NCBI GenBank assembly: GCA_951406725.2
Contig: OX597821.1
Span: 41,168,001 to 41,232,000, forward strand
Source: Octopus vulgaris
Taxonomy: Eukaryota
DNA length: 64,000 nt
Direction: 5' to 3'
In this document: positions 41,601 through 53,943 of the stretch, in pieces
Layout of the letters: each line of letters begins with the position of its first letter
How positions within the stretch are numbered: position 1 is the stretch's first letter
Translations under genes and position numbers: made by a program
Notes under the pieces: model-generated
What the model was told of the DNA's origin: nothing
The model's database searches: none
What the model saw: only the letters and a program-made list of their open reading frames with translations

Positions 41601-41685
41601 CATATATATACATATATATACATATACTCAAGGCGGTGTTTCAGTATGGTCACATTCAAATAACTGAAGCAAGTAAAAGAATATG
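41245..41685 (+). mobile_element. SINE family A with expanded or replaced central region
   Basis: Head (ggttcagtcccactgtgtgacacctt) at about 41245-41400; tail (aaggcggtg..ggtcacattcaaataactgaagcaagtaaaag) at about 41630-41685. Confidence 0.7.
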
Positions 41686-41709
41686 TTATAGATAGATAGA
41701 TAGATAGAT

Positions 41710-41768
<59 letters not shown>

Positions 41769-42469
41769 CAGATAGACAGATAGATAGAAAGATATTAGCT
41801 ACATATGTGATGTACAATGTATGTACAATAACAAGGTTTTTATCCAAGAAGAGTTTGATAAAAAAAATTCGCATGTATTTAATATATGAGAACATTGACA
41901 ATGTCTATATGAGATGTGGAAGAGAAATTAAAGTATCTCGAATACACTCAGCAACACAAACACACACACACACACCACATACACTTTGCTTCATTTTTGT
42001 ATGACTTCTGTGATGCAGCGCACATCCTAATGTTACTAATAGGAAGCCAGGCAATTTGCTTGACAAGATAATTTTTATTGTTTCAGAATTGTGCTTTTGA
42101 ATTTTTCCACTGGCTCTTTTACTGTTCATGAAAATAAGTTCTTGTCTCTTTTTTAAGAATTCAATCACCTTTGACACTAGCCTGGAATGCTGGTGACACA
42201 TTTAAAAGTGGAGTAAGAGTAGCAGTTCTATGATGAGTTACTCAGAAACTGACACCAAAAGTTAACAAGCTGCTGGGAAATATCATACCGTTACTGTCAG
42301 TTTGTAGATGAAGGGTCATACTTAAAACATTTGCTGCCCTTTTTAAACTAGCTACTTTATGCAGCTAATGTTCAGCCTGATATTTCGCCAGATAATTTTT
42401 GACAGTGAAAAAACCAAAAGGGAAGTTTAGCCTCAAACAGCTTCTAAAATTATTATTATTATTACTAAG

Positions 42470-42681
42470 ATAGCAAATGATCAGAATCGTTTCCGTACCA
42501 GGCGAAATATTTAATGGCATGTCATCCGTCTGTACATTCTGAGTTCTAATTCCACCAAGGTTGACTTTACCTTTCATCTGTTTGAGGTCAATAAAACAAG
42601 TACCATTTCATCACTGTGGCTGATGTAATTAAGTTAACCCATCTCCCAAAACTACTGGCCTTGTGCCAAAATTTGAAACCA
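42470..42681 (+). mobile_element. SINE family B
   Basis: ggttgactttacctttcatc...ggccttgtgccaaaatttgaaacc. Confidence 0.85.
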
Positions 42682-42691
42682 TTATTATTAT

Positions 42692-43080
42692 CTAGTCTTT
42701 GCACAATTTCTAATGCTGGAGATGTACTATGGTGCCAGCTGTTCACTACCAGTGAACTGAGGTAACACTCCTTATTTTTTGAACACCATCCAGAGTATTC
42801 GAGTGGTTCCAAGCAGTGTTGTTTTCTGCAAGTCCTCCACTCTTATTGCAGCCCCTATTTGTTCCATGTACTTTTCGAGATTTTTACTCACTATTCCCAG
42901 GGCTCCAACAATTATTGGTACTACTACCACTTTTTTCAGCAACCACAACTACTTAACCTCCCAAGCTAACCTGTCATGTCTATCAACTTTTCTTTCTTCC
43001 TTATTGCATACCTTGTTGTAAGCTGGGCATACTATATCTATGATCCAGCATCGCTTGCTTTCTTTCTCAATTAACTCAAT
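42692..43080 (-). mobile_element. R4/Dong-clade non-LTR retrotransposon 3' end (restriction-like endonuclease)
   Basis: Minus strand: CWIIDIVCP...KEERKVDRHDRLAWEVK*LW...VVVVPIIVGALG...LQKTTLLGTTRILWMV; the 3' end abuts (TAA)n. Confidence 0.85.
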
Positions 43081-43169
43081 TGTTACCTCTTGTCTCAATT
43101 AACACTATCATTTGCTTTCTTTCTCAATTAACACTATCACTTGCTTTCTTTCTCAATTAACACATTATC

Positions 43170-43330
43170 ATTATGTTGTGTCTGGGGAGAGTCATTTTCT
43201 TTTTGTACCTTATAATTTAACACACTCACTGGTAAAATTTCCACTTATTTCTTAATTTTATTTTCCTAAAATTTTCGTTGCATCTTGCAACCTTTTCAAT
43301 AGTCTTGCAAACCAAATCCAAAAACGAAAC
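43170..43330 (+). mobile_element. MITE (right part with TIR tcttgcaaaccaaatccaaaaacgaaa)
   Basis: Same family as 56527-56825, which carries the complementary TIR tttcgttttggatttgatttgcaaga. Confidence 0.75.
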
Positions 43331-43355
43331 ATAATTATTATCATTATCATTATTA

Positions 43356-43390
<35 letters not shown>

Positions 43391-43948
43391 GAGTGAGAGA
43401 GCAGTGCATGCCATCAAAGTGACACTGGGGTACAAATATACGAAGTCCAGTATACCCATCATGACTACCCGTCTGATAAGGGTACACCAGGCACATGCAT
43501 CACAACCATATGTGCACGACATGGTGATCTCATAACAAGATAAACAGCACATGACCTTGCGGGTGGGCCCAGTTAGAATTATCTTCTGGTTGGGTAACCC
43601 ATCCCACTCAAAAGGTCCCTGAATAAGGGTTGTTTAAGGATGTTGAATGAAACACCCATGTTTCCAGAGGTGAATTATTCAAACCCCAAAGAATCCCTCT
43701 CAACACATGGCTATGATGCTCCCCCACTACTTCTGCTCATGATCAGAGATGCACATATCGTCAGCCACTAAGGGACATGCTCAACTGGTTACGGTCAAAC
43801 AACTGACAAGCAAATCTGTGGTATTGAGCAGAATATTTGCTGTAGCCCATCTTTTATACCAAGACAAAACAATGTACATGATAACACTTCCAGTCAGTTA
43901 AGATCAGAAGCCATGAGATCCGCTGCCTGGTACTGCATCAGGGCATTT
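43391..43948. mobile_element. About 560-bp non-coding insertion inside a (TTA)n array
   Basis: Sharp boundaries, higher GC content, (TTA)n on both sides; no ORF or TIR recognised. Confidence 0.55.
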
Positions 43949-43949
43949 A

Positions 43950-44004
<55 letters not shown>

Positions 44005-44009
44005 GATTA

Positions 44010-44056
<47 letters not shown>

Positions 44057-44469
44057 GAGAGTGGTGAGGGAAGTGCTGCCCTTGACTGAGTTTATTGAAA
44101 GGCGGGTGAAAGTTGCAAAAATGGCAAGAAGTGGATGGTACTTCTCTAAGTGTAGATCTGTGTGTTGGAGAGAAGCAATTGGAAAGGGCAGTTGCTCTTG
44201 AGGTTTCAGGGAAATCTCGGACAGTGAGGTTCCTCGATTATCCCTAGAGGCTCTCCTGTATCAGGAGGGCAACATCTCTATCATCCTTCCCATGCATTTG
44301 TTTTTTTTAACCTTTGTATGCTATGCATATGTATATACTGTGTATACTTTCTTTCTTTTTTCTTTCTTTTTCCTTTTTTTCATTTCATTATATGTAAACT
44401 CCCACATTTTATGTTTGTCTTTGTATTGACCCCCTCATCCTTTGCCCTTGTGGTAAATAAATGAAATCC
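44057..44469 (+). mobile_element. Probable L1/Tx1-like LINE 3' end in (TTA)n
   Basis: RVVREVLPLTEFIERRVKVAKM resembles Tx1-type C-termini; followed by a pyrimidine-rich 3' UTR, AATAAA and (TTA)n. Confidence 0.45.
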
Positions 44470-44487
44470 TTATTATTATTATTATCA

Positions 44488-44530
<43 letters not shown>

Positions 44531-44558
44531 CATTATTATTATTATTATTATTATTATT

Positions 44559-44975
44559 AAGGCAGCAAGCTGGCAGAATTGTTAGCATGCTACTGGCATT
44601 TCGCCTGTTGCTACATTCTGAGTTCAAATTCTGCCGAGGTCACTTTGCCTTTCATCCTTTTGGGGTTGATTAAATAAGTACCAGTTCCCAAATTTGAGGC
44701 CTTGTGCTTCCAGTAGAAAGGATATTATTATTATTGTTATTATTATTATTATAAGAAATTAACCATTTGAGCTGGCAGAATCATTATCATGTTGGGAAAA
44801 ATGCTTAGCAGCATATCATCCATCTATTATGTTCTGAGTTCAAATTCTGCCAAGGTCAACTTATTCTTTCATCCTTCCTGGTTCAATAAAACAAGTACCA
44901 GTTGAATATTGGGGTCGATGTAATTAATTTACCCCCTCCCGTGAAATTGTTGGCCTTGTACCAATAAGAGAAAGG
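44559..44975 (+). mobile_element. Two SINE family B copies in tandem (44559-44722, 44769-44975)
   Basis: Both have agctggcagaat...ttctgagttcaaattctgcc.aggtc...tttcatcc. Confidence 0.88.
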
Positions 44976-45349
44976 CTTATTATTAAGGGGTAATTTCTGT
45001 TTTCTGTCTCAGGTTTCTGGTTCTGTCTATTTCCAAATCTCTGTCAGTTCCTTGGTTTAGTTTCCATGTTTCCAAGCAAGCTTGAATTATGACAGAGAGT
45101 TATTTGAGGTCGGGTTTAAGGGCTAGATGTTCTTGTTACCAATTCTTACCTCTTTCTTTTCTTCTCTCTCTATTCCACTGACCTACAAAAGTGCAGAGCA
45201 ACTGGTCATATTGACAACCAAGATTGTAAACAGCAATGACAAGCTTGGACTATAAACACACACACACATACATATACATATGTATATATTTGTATGTATA
45301 TAAGTGTGTATATATGTATGTATGTATATGTATATATATATATATAAGG

Positions 45350-45551
45350 TTAATCCAAACGGGAAAACAGAAAAAACAACAACACGTGGAACAATTACAG
45401 TATTATTATTATTAGGCGCTCAGGAAAATGGAAGAAGGAGGGTATAACGTTTCGAGCAGAGCTCTTCGTCAGAAACATAGGAAAAGGAAAGATCCAAGGA
45501 AGGGAAGACGAAGGAAAAAAATCGCCAACGGTACACACGCGGTCGTACATA

Positions 45552-45585
<34 letters not shown>

Positions 45586-45594
45586 CATATATAC

Positions 45595-45645
<51 letters not shown>

Positions 45646-45733
45646 ATTAATCCAAACGGGAAAACAGAAAAAACAACAACACGTGGAACAATTACAGTAT
45701 TATTATTATTAGGCGCTCAGGAAAATGGAAGAA

Positions 45734-45737
<4 letters not shown>
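45350..45737 (-). mobile_element. PLE-type pseudo-LTR fragment with partial tandem duplication
   Basis: About 90 bp (ttaatccaaacgggaaaac...ggaagaagga) repeated at about 45350 and 45647; homologous to 14335-14535 and partly to 60635-60800. Confidence 0.75.
45442..45476 (-). ncRNA. Minimal type I hammerhead motif, intact core
   Basis: GTTT CTGACGA A GAGC TCT GCTC GAAA CGT T ATAC; one mismatch in stem I. Confidence 0.78.
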
Positions 45738-45799
<62 letters not shown>

Positions 45800-45979
45800 C
45801 CAAGAGAGTTAGAGGTTCTTAATCCAACCAACTAAGGGATAATATCTACCCAATATACTGCTCGTAGAAAACCCAATTATTAATACACAAGAGTTTTTTT
45901 TTTATTTGAATGGCAATTACACAACTGAATGTAATAAATGGGTGTGGATAAAAAAGTTTTTTACCTTTAATTTATACAA

Positions 45980-46021
<42 letters not shown>

Positions 46022-46128
46022 TTTAAATAAGATAAAACCTTTATAAGAATTTATTAAGTAGTTAGCATGAAAAACTTCATAAGGGAAAAAATTTATTAAT
46101 TATTCCCTTTAAATATATTTATTTATAT

Positions 46129-46260
46129 TAAGGGCATTACTATACATAAATGCCTCATGTTAGGAGGGACTCTTAGAGTCAAAAACTACCATAATTATAT
46201 TAGGGTAGTTTTTGACTTTAAGAGTCCCTCTTAACATGAGGCATTTATGTATAGTAATGC

Positions 46261-46265
<5 letters not shown>
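46129..46265. repeat. Inverted repeat, 62-bp arms, 13-bp loop
   Basis: 46129-46190 vs 46204-46265, two mismatches. Confidence 0.92.
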
Positions 46266-46308
<43 letters not shown>

Positions 46309-46418
46309 TTTAAGTTTGTTTATAGGAAATGTTTTGAAAATGTATATAGAAGCTCCTGTTCTATTTTCCTGGTTACAACCTAATGATGCCAACAGGCAGT
46401 ACCAGTGTTTTGAGCTAC

Positions 46419-46471
<53 letters not shown>

Positions 46472-46649
46472 TTGAAAAAAATTAAGTGGTTTCCCATGAG
46501 TAAATTTCTATCAAAAACAAAGAGAAGATGCTTTCAGAATATTATTGTGGATAAAAGTAGGTATTCACATTTTTATCAAAATATGCTGCTGGTTTCAATG
46601 GCTTAAAAGGCACATATAATCATGCTCAAAGAGAAGGGAAAATAAATTA

Positions 46650-47040
46650 CTCTTTTACTCTTTTACTTGTTTCAGACATTTGACTGTAGCCATGCTGGAG
46701 CACCACCTTTAGTCAAGCAAATCAACTCCAGGACTTATTCTTTGTAAGCCTAGTACTTATTCTATTTGTCTCTTTTGCCGAACTGCTATCTTTTTGCTGA
46801 ACAGTTGTTAAGCGATGTTGGGGGGACAAACACAGACACACAAACATACACACACACACACACACACATATATATACATATACATATATACGACGGGCTT
46901 CTTTCAAATCCACTCACAAGGCTTTGGTCGGTCCAAGGCTATAGTAGAAGACACTTGCCCAAGGTGCCATGCAGTAGGAGTGAACCTGGAACCATGTGGT
47001 TTTTAAGCAAGCTACTTACTACACAGCCACTCCTGCGCCT
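46650..47040 (-). mobile_element. SINE family A, 5'-complete
   Basis: Minus strand starts AGGCGCAGGAGTGGCTGTGTAGTAAG and ends aagtaaaagagtaaaagag. Confidence 0.92.
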
Positions 47041-47042
47041 AT

Positions 47043-47150
47043 AAAAAATATGAAATGCTTCACGAATTTGTATGTCATCCTTGCTCAAGGACTATACTAA
47101 TCTTCTCTGTGCCGTTCCAATTTTAGAATATGTACCGCCGTCGCCAGTAC
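47043..47150 (-). pseudogene. U6: U6 snRNA pseudogene (full length)
   Basis: Reverse complement GTACTGGCGACGGCGGTACATATTCTAAAATTGGAACGGCACAGAGAAGATTAGTATAGTCCTTGAGCAAGGATGACATACAAATTCGTGAAGCATTTCATATTTTTT; ACAGAGA box intact, AGC triad changed to AGT. Confidence 0.93.
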
Positions 47151-48195
47151 ATTATTTAAAAATAATTTAAACAAAATTGATCTGTTCGTGCTATAATTTC
47201 TGGCAATTCACCTGTTTTTCTTATAACAATCCCTCAGGATTTGGAATTTGGTTTCCCTCTGATTGTTGCAAGTTTGTGACTTAACAAACAGAAGGAAATG
47301 AAATTCCAGTATAGAAGACACAGATAACCATTCAGAACCACACATAAACTGGTAAAGATCATGACAGTGGCAGCAGCAGTGGTGGTGGTGGTGGTGAGGC
47401 TGGAAGTGTTTTTGTTGTTGTTGTTTAACCAATGATCATTCATAACTGAGCAGACCTCTAATAAAAGACATTCCCGAATCAAGTATTACTCATTTTTAGG
47501 TGGGTATGCAGCACTTCAAACCGGAATATATGTAACATAAAAATCTGTGATTTGAGAGTGATTTGGTTGCTATTTCTAGCAGGTTTAATGATTCTATAAA
47601 AGCGCCTTTGCTGGCTGGTAATTTTGGACATATTCCATGACTGGTTGGTTGGCTGGCTGGTTGGTTGGCTTGTTGGATAGATGGCAAGATAGATGGATGA
47701 GTGGATGGATACATGGATTAACGGATGGATTAAGGGCATACAGGAATTAATTAGAACTGTTTATGCAGCTCAAATAGTTAGTTGAAGAATTTTAATTTTA
47801 CCTTTTCTATCATTGGAATCCTTGAAAATGTAAGCATGATACTTGAAAAATTGGAAATAAAGATATATTGTTATTTTGTTGTTAATTTTTGTTTACAATT
47901 AAAATCTGAAGAAACCCATAGAAAGTCTTGTGGAAAATGCTACAATGAACTTGACATCTGGCAACACTGTCGTGTAGTTCATGACACATGACTTAAAGGA
48001 AAGCCTCAATATACAATTCAAGTGAAATGTATTGTCTTTTATTATTGTCCGTCCATACAATAAATGCGAGTTGTATTCCCAGGCTGCAAGAACAAATCAA
48101 TACCAACAATAAAAAAACAATTAAAGAATATCAATTAATAGACATAATCTGAGATACAGAATGAGTCAACACAATTGAAGTAGACACATATAGGG

Positions 48196-48253
<58 letters not shown>

Positions 48254-48541
48254 TTGCTATTATGCAAAATTGTCGTAAGTCCAAAACGTGGCTTTTTCAG
48301 AAAATGAAAAAATAGTTTTACCATTCCATAGCAAAACCATTGTACTAAACTTGAACAATTTTTGAGATCTTGGCATCTGAAGCAGCTGGAGATACGATAG
48401 TTTGACCAAAAGAACCAGCTATTGCAAGCAAAAATAGATATTGAAACAAACGCATTTAGCCAAATGTGGACACATGACAGTTTAACATAATAGCAACGAT
48501 ATATATTAATATATATATATATTAATAGTAACGATATATTA

Positions 48542-48752
48542 AGGCAACGAGGTGGCAGAAATGTTAGCAAGCCGGGGGGAAATACTTAGCAGTATTTCAT
48601 CTGTCTTTACATTCTGAGTTCAAATTCTGCCGAGGCCGACATTACCTTTCATTCTTTTGTGGTCGATAAATTAAATACCAGTTGTGTACTGGGGTTGATC
48701 TAATTGATTGGTACCCTCCCCAAAAATTTCGTGCCTTGTGCCTAGAGTAAAA
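48542..48752 (+). mobile_element. SINE family B
   Basis: aggcaacgaggtggcagaaatgttagc...gtgccttgtgcctagagta. Confidence 0.88.
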
Positions 48753-48789
48753 AAGTATATATATGTACACGCACATACGTATATATTTA

Positions 48790-48926
48790 TTTCTTTATTG
48801 CCCACAGGGGTTAAACATAGAAGGGACAAACAAGGATAGACAAAGGGATTAAGTCGATTACCTTGACCCAAGTGCATAACTGGTACTTATTTAATCAAGC
48901 CCAAAAAGATGAAAGGCAAAGTTGAC
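48790..48926 (-). mobile_element. SINE family B-related 3' fragment with a different tail
   Basis: ctggtacttatttaatc...gatgaaaggcaaagttgac core followed by a distinct 3' segment. Confidence 0.7.
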
Positions 48927-49037
48927 ACACACACACACACATATATAAATATATACATAAATACATACATACATGCATACATGCATACATACATACATAC
49001 ATATACTAATATAATATATATATATATATATATGTAT

Positions 49038-49380
49038 AGGCACAAGTGTGGATGTGTAGTAAGAACATTACTTACCAACCACATGGTTCTGGGTTCAGTT
49101 CCACTGAGTGGCACCTTGGATAGATGTCTTCTACTATAGCCTCAGGCCAACCAAAAGCCTGGTGAGTGGATTTGGTAGACGGAAACAGAAAGAAGCCCAT
49201 TGCACCTATGTGTGTGTGTGTGTGTTTGTGTGCATCTTTGTGTCTGTGTTTGACTCCCACCACCACTTGACGACCAGTCTTGGTGTGTTTATCTCCCTTT
49301 AACTTAGCAGTTCAACAAAAGAAACTCATAGAATAACAACTGGTCTTAAGATAAAAATTAAGGGCTGAGATTGATTCATT
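49038..49380 (+). mobile_element. SINE family A
   Basis: aggcacaagtgtggatgtgtagtaag head through taacttagcagttc. Confidence 0.88.
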
Positions 49381-49447
<67 letters not shown>

Positions 49448-49451
49448 ACAT

Positions 49452-49700
49452 TCATCATCATTATCATCCGTTCATTTAACATCCGTTCTCCATGCTGGCA
49501 TGAGTTGGACATTTTGACAGAAGCTGGCCAGCTAAAGAGCTGCCTGGTCACCATGTTTGCTTTGGCATGGCTTCTATAGCTGGATACTCTTCCTAATGCC
49601 AACCATTTTATACGGTGTACTTCGTGGTTCCATGTAGCACCAGCCTAGGTGCTTTTATGTGTTACCAGTACAGATGCTTTTCGCATGGAACCAGCACCCA
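49452..49700 (-). mobile_element. RTE-type 3' tail fragment
   Basis: tttaacatccgttctccatgctggcatgagttggac...ttcctaatgccaacc. Confidence 0.75.
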
Positions 49701-49829
49701 CAATCCTGCAAAATTAAGAATGCTCGATAAAAGAGGGCTACAGATCATTTACCTGCATGCATGGACAACCATGTGTCTTCTGAAGCACTGCAAATTGCCA
49801 GGAGTCTCAGTCACCTCTCGTATACATAT

Positions 49830-50213
49830 ATATATATTAATATTTGAGGGAATAAAATCCAAAACTTACAAGGAAAAAAAATTCAATTTAGAAATACTAA
49901 ATCAAATTTCACACAATATAATATATATATAAAAAATTAGAAAAAAACCCACCTTTTATCAATTCAAAATGAACAATGAAAATACACCACCCAGAAAATT
50001 ACATATAATAGAAATATTAACATTAAAATGACAATAATAATAACTTATATAAATTTATACAATTTATTATTATTATTATTATTGTTTTTGCAATTTACTT
50101 AATCTTTGACAGTTTATTGTTATTTTAACGTTAATATTTCTATTATATGTAATTTTCTGGATGGTGTAATTTAATTGTTCATTCTGAATTGATAAAAGGT
50201 GGGTTTTTTTCTA

Positions 50214-50220
<7 letters not shown>
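49830..50220 (-). mobile_element. TA-embedded element with about 104-bp imperfect inverted arms (49934-50037 / 50114-50217)
   Basis: Arms read directly; terminus agggaataaaatccaaaacttacaaggaaaa matches the reverse complement of the 11850-11880 and 62290-62320 termini. Confidence 0.8.
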
Positions 50221-50262
<42 letters not shown>

Positions 50263-50926
50263 AGTATGTATGTATGTATACAAGAGGTTTTGGTATCCAG
50301 AAGACTCAAAAAGCAGGTAATGCTATGTAAGTGTTATGGAGGGACCACTGTTAGACTCCCGGTTCAATAATTTTATGAGTGAGGAGTCTAACGCAGGTTG
50401 CGTGTGAGCATGTATAGGTTAAATAAAATGAGATAACAAAGCCCAAGGCAGTGTGAAATTTCTAAGACATTTTATAAAGCAAAGGATAGACTTACAGCTG
50501 GTGTTGGTTGCAACCACGGCCATAGTGGTAGCATCAATGGCAATGCAGCAACAACCACAGCAACCATGGTGGAAGCCATGGTGACATTGGCAGCAACAGC
50601 AGCGGTAACAGCAGCAGTGACAGTGGCAGCAATGATGAGGATGATGATGATCTCGTTGGTGTCTGATAGGATTCTATTATACTATTTTCAGTGATGTCAT
50701 CTTTGCCTTTTGTTTCTTCTTGACTGTTTCAGAATCTTGTCTTCATTTGTCAATCAGTGAAACCCAATCAAACCCCTTAGCTCGAACCCCAAATATCAGC
50801 TACTTTAATGATGCAATTAATTTTCTAATTTCATTTGCAGTTTCTTCAAGATCCTAAGCTTTAAACAAATGTAGTCAACAAATGATATTATTTTAAGTTT
50901 CTTCACAATGTAGTCTTGAAGAGAAT

Positions 50927-51352
50927 GTGATCGTTACCAACGTCGCCTTACTGGTATTTGTGCCCGTGCTAGTAGGGTGCCAAGAGCACCATCTGAGCAT
51001 GATCGTTGCCAGAGCAGCCGACTGGCTTCTGTGCCGGTAGCATGTAAAAGGGCACCATTCAAGCGTGATTGTTACCAACGTCGCCTTACTGGCACCTGTG
51101 TCGGTGGCATGTGTAAAGATTCGAGCAATGTCATTGCCAGTACCGCCTAACTGGCCCCCATGCTGGTGGCATGTAAAAAGCACCCACTACACTCTCGGAG
51201 TGGTTGGCGTTAGGAAGGGCATCCAGCTTTAGAAACCCTGCCAGATCAAGATTGGAGCCTGGTTCAGCCATGTGGTTCACCGGCCCTCAGTCAAAATCGT
51301 CCAAAACCATGCTAGCATGGAAAGCAGATGTTAAACGATGATGATGATGATG
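50927..51352 (+). mobile_element. RTE 3' UTR insertion with 19-bp TSD
   Basis: ATGTAGTCTTGAAGAGAAT at 50908-50926 and 51353-51371; (GAT)n tail; internal gtgat.gttaccaacgtcgccttactgg repeats. Confidence 0.92.
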
Positions 51353-52367
51353 ATGTAGTCTTGAAGAGAATATGTTTGTCACTAACTAATGAAAATAACT
51401 GTTTTTTATTGTTCTAAGAATGTTGTTGGCTTACTCAACAACATCTGTGATGTATTTATGATTGTGAAGCCCTTAGCAGTGATCACATCAAGATTGTTAT
51501 CTTCTTCAACAAGCTAAAAAAAATTAGTCTTTCATTTTAGAGTGAATTGTTCCAATGTTGTTATTTTTATCGAAGTTAGTGTAATGAGGAGCTGAAGTGT
51601 TTATTTCAGCCCAAATGTAATCTCTTGCAGTTCTCTTTGAAAATATTACTCCTATAAATTGTAAGAGTTTATCATTATCATAATTAGTGACAGGGAATTT
51701 CAGAGGAACTAAAAACAAATTTTTTAGTGTTTTTTGCCTCAAAAGCTCTTGATACCTTTTTTATATAACATGGATTTAAAAGATTTTAATCCATTAGTGG
51801 AGCAGACTATCATTAATAGTAATGGAAAGTATGTACAGATTTAAAAAATGTTTGAAATAAACATTTTTTTTTTTCATTTTCAAAATCATAATCTAAAAAT
51901 TCAACATTACTTAGGGACTGGCCTTACACAACACAAGTAGAATTATGCTCAATAAGGTGCAGAACTTCCATTCCATTACATAATCAGAAGAAATATTTAA
52001 CCAAGTATTAACCAAAAAGTTAACAGATGAAAACCACAGGAACATTTCCGTTTTTTTCTTTTTCTTTTTTGTATATGGTTAATATTCAAATGTAATATTT
52101 TTTTCTACTGTTGGAACCAGTCGTATCTGAATGACATTGTTTTGTTATGAGTTAACATATTTCTATAGAATTTCAGTTTTGTAGAACTGATTTTCATTTT
52201 GGTATTTTAGTAAAACTCTTATTTTTAGTGAATTTCACTTTTTTTTTGTGTAATTCATTTCATTTTTAAAGTAAACCATAACTCACTCAACAGATACATT
52301 TATCTATCTATCTATCTATCTCTGTCTGCCTATCTATCTATCTATCTATCTATCTAACTATCTATAA

Positions 52368-52398
<31 letters not shown>

Positions 52399-53475
52399 CA
52401 TACATACATACACACACATGCACATACACACACACATATGTATATTGGTATGTATATGTATTTATATACAAATAAAACTATATACAGACAAAAAATGATT
52501 TTGTTTTGTAATCATTGCTAAAACCGATTTAGATTTGCTAGCTTCACCAGTTTCTGAGATAGCAGAGTGGATGTTTAAGAAAGCGATTAAACAATGAAAT
52601 TAAATAAAAATGAAGCACCAAGTGGTTTGATATGATGGATAGAAGGTATGATGGTAGTGTGGCATAATACTTAGAGAAAGTTATCAATACAATGATGGTA
52701 GCGATGCAGAATATATATATGTACATATAAACACAAAGCAAAGTCCAGAGAAACTAATAGTGGTCTATGTTGATAAAAATCAGTGAATAAAATTTGCAAG
52801 TATGAATAAGTTAGTATGCCTAAATAAACATGAATTGTAACAAAGAATGTTGTGTCCAAAATGTTAGAATTTATGTCTCTACTATGGCATAAAAAAAACT
52901 TATTCATATTTGGAAATTTTAGATATATGCATGCATCAGCGGTGTTGTGGATAACATCATTTCAACCTTTGATTTAGATATAAAATTTCCAAGTTCAAAT
53001 TAATCCAGGTACTATGTAAATAATTTAAAGAAAAATGAGCTAAAATGAATACCACAGAGGTTATGGTGGTATGTATTTTGAACAACATAGACAAATACAG
53101 GTATTTCAAATATTATATGACATAAATCCTTGATTAATTGAAATTAGGTCCACCTTTTAATGATGAATCCTAAATACCAAATGACAATTAAGACCAGCTC
53201 CTTATAAGAATGAGAGATAATTTCAAGATTCAAGACATGCCATGTTGATATGGCAGGGATTAAACAATGAATGGCAATTGGAGACCAAATTGATTGAAAT
53301 GCTTTGTAAAAGGTTAATATTTAAAAAGAAAGATGTATCAACTTTATAACTACTGCTTCATTTAACACTCTACCAACTCAAAACTTATTTGCCTTGATTA
53401 AAGATGTACTCAAAGCACAGCCGCATATGACCCCATATGCTGACCTTTTCAACAGTAGCATCTATCTGTGCTCTA

Positions 53476-53549
53476 GGCCAGTTAGCTCAGTTGGTTAGAG
53501 CACCATGCTAATAACACGACTGTCGTGGGTTCATGTCCCATATTGGTCG
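53476..53549 (+). tRNA. tRNA-Ile-AAT: tRNA-Ile(AAT) retropseudogene flanked by a 13-bp direct repeat
   Basis: GGCCAGT TA GCTC AGTTGGTTA GAGC A CCATG CTAATAA CACGA CTGTC GTGGG TTCATGT CCCAT ATTGGTC G; two anticodon-stem mismatches and a damaged T-loop/B-box; CTATCTGTGCTCT at 53462-53474 and 53550-53562. Confidence 0.88.
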
Positions 53550-53729
53550 CTATCTGTGCTCTTCTATGCAAGTGGTATGTAAACTACCACAAAATAAGAA
53601 AAACAGTGACTGGCTATGACACCAGAGGACCAGGGAAAGATCTATGCTAAGAATATCATTACAAATCCAAAATGAAGTTCTTTAAGAACAAAAACGAGTA
53701 ATGTCTCTTTGCTGAGGTAGTCCCTAATT

Positions 53730-53943
53730 TGGTTATAAATTATGGCTCAAGGCCAGCAATTTCGAGGAAGGGGCAAGATGATGCATCATCCCCAGTGTTC
53801 AGCTGGTACTTATTTTATCAACCCTGTAAGAATGAAAGGCAAAGTCAACCTTGGCAGCATTTGAACTCAGAACCTACAGATGGACAAAATTCCACTAAGC
53901 ATTTGGTCTGGTCTGCTAACGATTCTGCCAGCTCACTGCCTTG
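53730..53943 (-). mobile_element. SINE family B
   Basis: gaatgaaaggcaaagtcaacc...gctaacgattctgccagctcactgcctt. Confidence 0.88.
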
